From Corynebacterium glutamicum ATCC 13032 (lineage in GTDB: Bacteria > Actinomycetota > Actinomycetes > Mycobacteriales > Mycobacteriaceae): 32,000 bases of DNA. The stretch lies in assembly GCF_000011325.1 (NCBI RefSeq), contig NC_003450.3, forward strand, positions 1,860,001 to 1,892,000, given 5' to 3'. Below the pieces are notes generated by a model, which was not told where the DNA came from, made no database searches, and saw only the letters and a program-made list of their open reading frames with translations. Within the stretch, counting starts at the first letter, position 1; each line of letters begins with the position of its first letter. Made by a program: the position numbers and the translations under genes. This document shows positions 27,214 through 32,000 of the stretch, piece by piece.

Positions 27214-27593
27214 ATGTCTAAAAATACAAATATTTCGCCATTGCTCTCCTAGCACCCATCCTCGGCTTAGTCGCTGCAGGTTGCTCCACTACAGCTGAAG
27301 AGCCAGCTGCAACTCAGGTAGAAGAAACAACAGTCGCCCGAGTTGAACACGATACTTACGACACTATTGCTAACCAGCTACAAGATGCCGGTGTCTATGA
27401 CGATGTGGCCTTTGCCGAAGGCTACTACCAGGAAATGGCTGAGGTTGTATGTGAAGCACGCGAAGAGGGTATCACCCACGAGGACACCCTGCATATGCTC
27501 AATGACATGATGGCAATGAAACGATCTGGCGAAGTACTCAATACGCTCGCTGATGTTCTCTATGCAAATGAATGCCCTGAATATCGAATCTAA
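27214..27593 (+). pseudogene. small lipoprotein gene interrupted by a frameshift at an A5 run
   Basis: AAAGGA RBS and ATG 27214 give MSKNTNISPLLS*. The frame displaced by one nt reads KYFAIALLAPILGLVAAGCSTT... (lipobox LVAAGC) through to stop 27593. Adding one A at 27220-27224 restores MSKKYKYFAIALLAPILGLVAAGC. Confidence 0.6.
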
Positions 27594-27630
27594 ATTGTTG
27601 GTTCACTCTGCATAGACACAACACCACACA

Positions 27631-27678
27631 ACAAAAAACAACCCCCTAAGGATAATCCTCAGGGGGTTGTTCTGTTTC
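27631..27678. terminator. bidirectional terminator between the lipoprotein gene and the Int-N gene
   Basis: Stem AACAACCCCCT (27637-27647) / AGGGGGTTGTT (27661-27671) with inner AGGA/TCCT pairs. T6 lies on the minus-strand side and TTCTGTTT on the plus side. Confidence 0.8.
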
Positions 27679-27684
27679 GACTCA

Positions 27685-28038
27685 TTATGCTGCGCTTGCT
27701 GCATCCTGCTCGGCAGGAACCACAATCACTTCCCACAAATGCTCATCACAAGCCTCTGTGGTTGAGCCATCTTTACGTGTCACAGTAAATACATCTCGCT
27801 CACCCTGTGGGAACACACCGTCAATCTCGCTGACTGTCCCCTTTGGGGTAAGCACCTTCATACCTGCTTCTGCTTCGCCCATCGTGACCCATCCATCAGG
27901 TGTTGCGATCTTCGCCGTCAACGGCTGCGCATTACCTTGGAGAATCTTGTCTGAGGCTTCGCCATACACCTGAGTCAACTGCTGCAGTGTCTGCAGAATC
28001 AATGATGTCAATAGGTAACGCTTTGATCTTATCTCCAC
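27685..28038 (-). CDS. coupling-ATPase exon 2 (about 25 codons, LILQTLQQLTQVYGEASDKILQGN) fused to the N-terminal intein fragment; the 5' ~28 nt of the ORF are probably intron
   Basis: LILQTLQQLTQVYG is the T4CP Qx2QLx3YG block. It is followed by the Hint-type sequence AQPLTAKIATPDGWVTMGEAEAGMKVLTPKG...CDEHLW, then a stop and a terminator. Confidence 0.8.
   Translation of the reverse strand: MEIRSKRYLLTSLILQTLQQLTQVYGEASDKILQGNAQPLTAKIATPDGWVTMGEAEAGMKVLTPKGTVSEIDGVFPQGERDVFTVTRKDGSTTEACDEHLWEVIVVPAEQDAASAA
27688..27930 (-). other. Int-N half (81 aa) of a split class-3-like intein
   Basis: Ala1 (codon 27928-27930) follows extein Asn. Block A: AQPLTAKIATPDGW. Block B: CDEHLW, with His100 and Trp102. 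Confidence 0.75.
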
Positions 28039-28053
28039 GTTTTCCCCTGACCC

Positions 28054-28089
28054 ACACCGTACGTGCGACTTTCACCGCATACGGCGCTC
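28054..28089 (-). ncRNA. group II intron domain V
   Basis: GAGCGCCGUAUGCGGUGAAAGUCGCACGUACGGUGU has a 9-bp lower helix, a 2-nt AC bulge, a 5-bp upper helix and a GAAA loop. It is almost identical to the classical yeast ai5gamma D5 (GAGCCGUAUGCGAUGAAAGUCGCACGUACGGUUC, from memory). The triad reads CGC. Confidence 0.85.
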
Positions 28090-28227
28090 CATCACTAGAG
28101 TTCTTATCCCTCCGGTGACTTGTGACCATTACTCCTGCTCTCATTACAAGAGCTATCAACGCTTCGATCACTACTTTTCAACACTCGTTCGACTGCTTAT
28201 TATTCTTCGTCAGTCTACGCAAAACCG

Positions 28228-29445
28228 CTATCCAAAAACTTCTTCCTGAAACGGACCACTTACTAATAACTCGCCAATTGATTCTGCTGTTCTCGCCGTA
28301 TATGGGATCTCCAAAAGTGTTAGCTCTCGGACTACAGTAAACGCTCGTTTTCGTCTGTCGTGCTCTTGTTGGATCGCGAAACGACTCTCTCCACCGAAAT
28401 ACTCAACTGGTCTAAAATGCTGCTCACCTTGGCACTCAATCAACAACCAGGGCTCGGTATCCTTGAAAACCAAAAAATCATAACTCAGTGGTCCTCCACC
28501 AACCCCCACCAAACCATCGAAAGTCTTTTGAGATTCAAACTGAAAATCATTCTTTAAAAGAAAGTCCCTGACATGTGACTCTTGGATTGATCCGTGCAAA
28601 CAACCACACGATTGGCTAATACCCTGCCTCAACATAATCCCAGCAACAGCATTTTCGGAGCCGCACATACATCGGCACAACCACATTTGAGACCGCCCAC
28701 CACCAGGGTAAAACCTGTCATCCGTACGAGACAGCACAGTCCACTGGTTAAATACCTTGCCAGTCAAATCTTCAAAAACAGCAGTTTCTCGTCGCTGTTC
28801 TATGCGATAGCACCCGCACGATATTGACCGACCCCGCAACAAAGACTGTTCCAATACGTCCCTTGTCGCTCCACACTCGCACTCGCAAAACCACGCCTTA
28901 GATAAGCGACCCCACTGCAGCACGTCCTCACCACGTCGAACAACAGACCATCGACCAAATGTGGAACCAACTAAATCCCTATTCTTTGAAAGCGACTCGA
29001 TTTTTAGACAACCACACGATTTCGAATCACCATTCTTCAGTGACCCCGCAGCAAGATCTTTCTCAACACCGCAAGTACATCTGCAATGCCACATGGTGGT
29101 TTTCCTTCCTGTGGAGGAAACCCTACTTTCCGCTCGATCTATGACAGTCCATCGCCCAAACACCTGACCTATGAGATCCTGTAAGTTCTTACCCTGCATC
29201 CTTTTACGAACAGTCTCATAACGACGACAACCGCACGATGCGGTTTCATCAGCGTTCTTAAATCTAGAGGCCGGTGCATCATACTCCCTGCCACAATCAC
29301 AAAGACATTGATACCGAACCTCAATCTTGCCACTTTTGTTTACACGATCGTTAGTGCGATAAAGAACTTTTATATGCCCGAAAGTTTTACCGGATAAATC
29401 ATTAAACTTTCGTCGCCGATGTTGTTGCGGTGCTCGTATTGTCAT
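28228..29445 (-). CDS. intron-encoded protein: four tandem CxCxCG...SCGC zinc-ribbon repeats + PD-(D/E)xK nuclease core (405 aa); no reverse-transcriptase/maturase motifs
   Basis: The repeats begin at aa 17, 90, 157 and 226. Each has the form L.G..FG.W.V......W.C.C.CG.......L..G...SCGC. Nuclease core: SYDFLVFKDTEPWLLIECQGEQHF...DRRKRA...LLEIPY. Confidence 0.8.
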   Translation of the reverse strand: MTIRAPQQHRRRKFNDLSGKTFGHIKVLYRTNDRVNKSGKIEVRYQCLCDCGREYDAPASRFKNADETASCGCRRYETVRKRMQGKNLQDLIGQVFGRWTVIDRAESRVSSTGRKTTMWHCRCTCGVEKDLAAGSLKNGDSKSCGCLKIESLSKNRDLVGSTFGRWSVVRRGEDVLQWGRLSKAWFCECECGATRDVLEQSLLRGRSISCGCYRIEQRRETAVFEDLTGKVFNQWTVLSRTDDRFYPGGGRSQMWLCRCMCGSENAVAGIMLRQGISQSCGCLHGSIQESHVRDFLLKNDFQFESQKTFDGLVGVGGGPLSYDFLVFKDTEPWLLIECQGEQHFRPVEYFGGESRFAIQQEHDRRKRAFTVVRELTLLEIPYTARTAESIGELLVSGPFQEEVFG

Positions 29446-30024
29446 CTCAAACTACTTTCAAATATATACCTTTATTTGTATATATTACCCCTTTTAATTA
29501 ATTAAACAAGCTTTCAGCCTTGATAACAAGTGGTCCATTTCACTATAAAGTTATTAAATATTGGCAGCTATTTCACGCCGAATATCTTTCCCAGTTCCGT
29601 TTCACCTATCCGTTACATGCTGCCCTTAGGTGCTCACTCTGACCCTGCTCGCCTCGGATGTGCCTGTAACACATCAGGGAGGTTCATAAATTCAAGTCTT
29701 ACTTGTCCCCTACGAGCACTAACGCATTTCTACGCCGAACAATTCAAGAGCCGTACATTCGCAAGTTCGTCAGTTATCTCACTCGATAACATTCTCACCC
29801 TAGGCAGTTTCTGGACACCCGGCATATCAGCGGCACATCAGATCACTCTGACGCTTTCGTAGCTACTGTGATCAAATCCCAGCACCTTTACGACCGACCT
29901 TCTGCCGACTCTAACGGGCTTTATACAGTTCTATTTTGTTCAAACCGCATACCGTAGCTTGGTGTGCACATTTCAGGGCGTTACTCCGTCATTCTGTGTA
30001 TCAATGAAACAGTTTCTTGCAACT

Positions 30025-31707
30025 TTAAGCTGCAAGAGCGTAGTTTTTCGCTACGCAACTGGTCGCACTAAATTGTTGTTCTTGTCCCAGACCGATCGAG
30101 AGCATGGTTTCAAATCCCGCAATACCATGACCCTCACTCTGAAGGTTTCCCAACTCGTCCAACATGAAACGAGTCTTATAATCCGGCTTCTGATTCTCAC
30201 GCGTCATATACGAGGAATCGAAGTTCAGATCCACAAGCTGTTTGATGAGAATCAAAATCAACTTCGCATATTTCATAAGATGCGGAGGCGTTACGAAGAA
30301 CACTGCCTTAGGCTTCTCCGAATACCGCACATTCAGAGCCGACACCGCATCAACCATCGCATCAACCTGCTTGATCATGTCATGACCCGGCATATTGATC
30401 TGTTCCTGCGTGAGTTGGTCAAGATTCAGTTTCTTCGTCTTAAACTGCACATGACCTGGAACAAAGTCACCAGCATCGTTTTTCACCAGCTCGATCAGCA
30501 GACCATTCTTAATGATCTTCTCATCGGTCACCGGATCAGTAATAAACGCACGGCCTTTAAGGTTCGTTTGGTAGCCCTTGGTGAACTTGAAGTACAGAGT
30601 CTTGATCAACGTGCCAGAAGTACCATTGAGAATCCGCAAACGCAGGTACGCAGTATTACTCGGGAACGAGTCTTTAATATAGAACCGCGCCCAACCCTCA
30701 ACCGACAGCGTGTCATCATGAACAAAATTCTTACCCAACGGCTTGGTGAACTTGGCGTCACTATACGCATCCCATTTCACCTGTGATCCAACCAGGTTGT
30801 AGCGCTTCACATAGGGGGCCGCAAAACGAACACCCATGCGCCGTGGAAACGACAATCCGGCCAAGTCAACGTTCTGACTTAGTGTGCCTGAGGTTAACGT
30901 TGAAATTGTGGGGTCTGTAAAGAAGGACATCGCTGTAATCGCGATACCGTAGACCGACGCCATCATTTTTTCAGCGCCACCCATTGCTTTCAGGGCCTTA
31001 TCTGCGTTGCCCACCAGAGTACGAACACTGGACTTTGGCAGACCGTCTGTGGCACTAAAGAACAAGGTGAGCATGTCTTTTTCTTTCTCACCCTCCCACA
31101 GAAACATTTCGTTCTCTTCGGCCTCTGTCACAGCATCCTGGAACATCATGGCTGCATTTTCATCAGTCTCTAAGTTACCGAATTCACCGGCACGTGCACG
31201 TTCATTGAGTCGCTCAACGGGATTCTTCAGCTTCTTTGCCGAAAGCTGCACAAAGAGCTGGTAGCAGTTGTAGAGCGTGACCTTACCCCACATCTGATCA
31301 ATACGTGTATCAAGCACCTTGGCATCCCAATTCTCAGCTGCAGCCTGCTTGCGCATCTCGCGCTCCTCTTCCAAATAGAAGTCGATAAGACCATAGGCTG
31401 CACGCTTGAAGGCATTGTTGGCCGCATTCGGCCATACCGGATCATCGGCACCGTCCACCGGAAAGAACACCTCTGCGATATTTTCCACATAGGTTGCGCA
31501 CTTCATCCCGTTACCTTCGCGAGCTGCTTCGGCTGCTAATCCCAACGGGTTATAAATATCAGTTTTCAGGTTGTTAATCAGGTTAAACTGAACAACCTGA
31601 AAACCGCGCTTAGACATCCGAACATAATTTTTCTTCAGCAACTCGCCTTTAGGGTCGTTGATACACATATTGTTCGGTCGAGTTTCCCTCGTCCACATGT
31701 CGATCAT
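30025..31707 (-). CDS. coupling-ATPase (TraG/VirD4/TraD-type) central exon; the last 14 codons (SATSCVAKNYALAA*) are intron read-through, and the frame is open upstream to 31734
   Basis: INDPKGEL (the DPKGE block following the P-loop). KTRFMLDELGNLQSEGHGIAGFETMLSIGLGQEQQF (Walker B region). There is no Walker A, so the N-terminal exon must lie upstream. Confidence 0.75.
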   Translation of the reverse strand: MIDMWTRETRPNNMCINDPKGELLKKNYVRMSKRGFQVVQFNLINNLKTDIYNPLGLAAEAAREGNGMKCATYVENIAEVFFPVDGADDPVWPNAANNAFKRAAYGLIDFYLEEEREMRKQAAAENWDAKVLDTRIDQMWGKVTLYNCYQLFVQLSAKKLKNPVERLNERARAGEFGNLETDENAAMMFQDAVTEAEENEMFLWEGEKEKDMLTLFFSATDGLPKSSVRTLVGNADKALKAMGGAEKMMASVYGIAITAMSFFTDPTISTLTSGTLSQNVDLAGLSFPRRMGVRFAAPYVKRYNLVGSQVKWDAYSDAKFTKPLGKNFVHDDTLSVEGWARFYIKDSFPSNTAYLRLRILNGTSGTLIKTLYFKFTKGYQTNLKGRAFITDPVTDEKIIKNGLLIELVKNDAGDFVPGHVQFKTKKLNLDQLTQEQINMPGHDMIKQVDAMVDAVSALNVRYSEKPKAVFFVTPPHLMKYAKLILILIKQLVDLNFDSSYMTRENQKPDYKTRFMLDELGNLQSEGHGIAGFETMLSIGLGQEQQFSATSCVAKNYALAA

Positions 31708-31736
31708 TGGCTCAATGTAGGTCTGACATGATCTTC

Positions 31737-31793
31737 AGGACTGTTCGCAACACAATCCTCGGGGGCGAACCCCTGCTCACGCTTTCACGTGAG
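31737..31793 (-). other. three consecutive RNA hairpins (GAAA- and UUCG-capped): candidate 3' part of another intervening sequence (group I-like?)
   Basis: On the minus strand: CUCACGU-GAAA-GCGUGAG (31776-31793), GGGG-UUCG-CCCC (31762-31773), and AGGAUUG-N9-CAGUCCU (31737-31759). They lie immediately upstream of the point where the ATPase frame opens. Confidence 0.4.
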
Positions 31794-31828
31794 ATGAGAT
31801 TATATGTTCATCTTAAGTGCTTAATAAC

Positions 31829-32000
31829 TTAATAAGTTTGTCGAGAATCCCAATCAATTGAATCTAAACAACCACCATCAAACCACGCTCGCGCATCACT
31901 TAATCGAGGATGTCTTCCCTCACCATCAATAGAACTGCTGCCATCCCAAAAAACCAAATAATTCAACTTATTGATTCTTGCGGCCTCGCGCTTAGCCACA
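31829..32000 (-). CDS. 3' end of a third PD-(D/E)xK homing-endonuclease-like ORF (5' part outside window)
   Basis: ...AKREAARINKLNYLVFWDGSSSIDGEGRHPRLSDARAWFDGGCLDSIDWDSRQTY*. The Kx3Ax3-hydrophobic-W segment parallels HANKSALAEQAGVQLIHVWEDDW in the 606-aa protein and DRRKRAFTVVRELTLLEIPY in the 405-aa protein. Confidence 0.45.
   Translation of the reverse strand, partial: VAKREAARINKLNYLVFWDGSSSIDGEGRHPRLSDARAWFDGGCLDSIDWDSRQTY

Larger units (their letters stand above)
28011..30068 (-). mobile_element. group II intron (~2.06 kb) interrupting the coupling-ATPase gene; domain IV carries a non-RT nuclease ORF
   Basis: The 5' end is GUGCGAC (30062-30068). Exon-1 tail ACAAUUUA (30069-30076) pairs over 8 bp with UGAAUUGU at intron nt 323-330 (29739-29746). 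Domain V lies at 28054-28089. The 3' end is ...CCUAU|UG at 28011, with an alternative ...CAUCAU|UG at 28002. Both are in frame. Confidence 0.8.

Noticed and set aside
23964-27717. 9/12-nt similarity at the inner ends of the two intein halves, as a possible target-site duplication of a transposed 3.7-kb cassette
   Set aside because: It is too short and imperfect to distinguish from chance. No inverted repeats, transposase or integrase are present in the cassette. It is kept only as a remark under the intein finding.
28011-28060. GTG 28038 preceded by AGGGGA as an independent start for the exon-2/Int-N gene, implying a gene split by a free-standing endonuclease rather than an intron
   Set aside because: The SD-like purines fall within the predicted domain V/VI region of the intron. 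GUGCG, the 8-bp IBS1-EBS1 match and domain V explain the interruption better. Translation of an unspliced transcript from this GTG cannot be excluded.
28122-29167. Short plus-strand ORFs (72, 65, 77, 61, 68 aa)
   Set aside because: They are antisense to the intron ORF and intron RNA and have no supporting signals.
29959-30786. 275-aa ORF on the plus strand
   Set aside because: It lies antisense to the well-supported coupling-ATPase exon and runs into the intron 5' region. The composition is low-complexity and R/L/H-rich, typical of a shadow frame, with no RBS or motif.
1-32000. Search for CRISPR arrays, tRNA/rRNA genes, IS elements, att-like long direct repeats
   Set aside because: I saw no regularly spaced repeats, cloverleaf-capable segments, transposase or integrase motifs, or long terminal repeats. 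The only notable DNA repeat is the ~49-nt promoter module reported above.

Overview
The window reads as part of a prophage-like or integrative element of a Corynebacterium-type actinobacterium. Signals supporting this are AAGGAG-type ribosome-binding sites, -10 boxes placed for leaderless mRNAs, and P/Q-rich tails. From memory, not from a search, the C5-methyltransferase + PLD/B3 nuclease + Z1/P-loop ATPase trio matches the cglIM-cglIR-cglIIR (CglI/NgoAVII-type) restriction-modification system carried by the C. glutamicum CGP3 prophage.

Left arm (+ strand, 1-8650):
- 3' part of a Clp/Hsp100-type AAA+ ATPase
- a giant UvrD-like SF1 helicase
- an NrdH-like redoxin
- an HTH protein
- a zinc-ribbon protein
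- a NUDIX hydrolase
- a T4-gp1-like dNMP kinase

Centre (- strand, 8668-17886): an operon led by a 2169-aa ORF. This ORF carries RpoB-type and then RpoC-type catalytic motifs in one chain (GDKLSDFHGNKG ... GDFDGD), so it is a divergent single-chain two-barrel RNA polymerase. Three unknown, tightly coupled ORFs follow it.

Right arm (- strand, 22467-32000): this appears to be one TraG/VirD4-type coupling-ATPase gene broken by several selfish elements.
- A group II intron (GUGCG 5' end, 8-bp IBS1/EBS1 pairing, near-textbook domain V). Its domain IV ORF is not a reverse transcriptase but a zinc-ribbon-array + PD-(D/E)xK nuclease.
- An intein with class-3 hallmarks (Ala1, Trp in block B, Cys in block F, THN|T). 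It is physically split into two genes 3.7 kb apart.
- Probably another intervening sequence at the window edge.

I saw no rRNA, tRNA, CRISPR array, transposase or integrase. All calls come from reading motifs by eye. No database search, covariance model or fold prediction was run.
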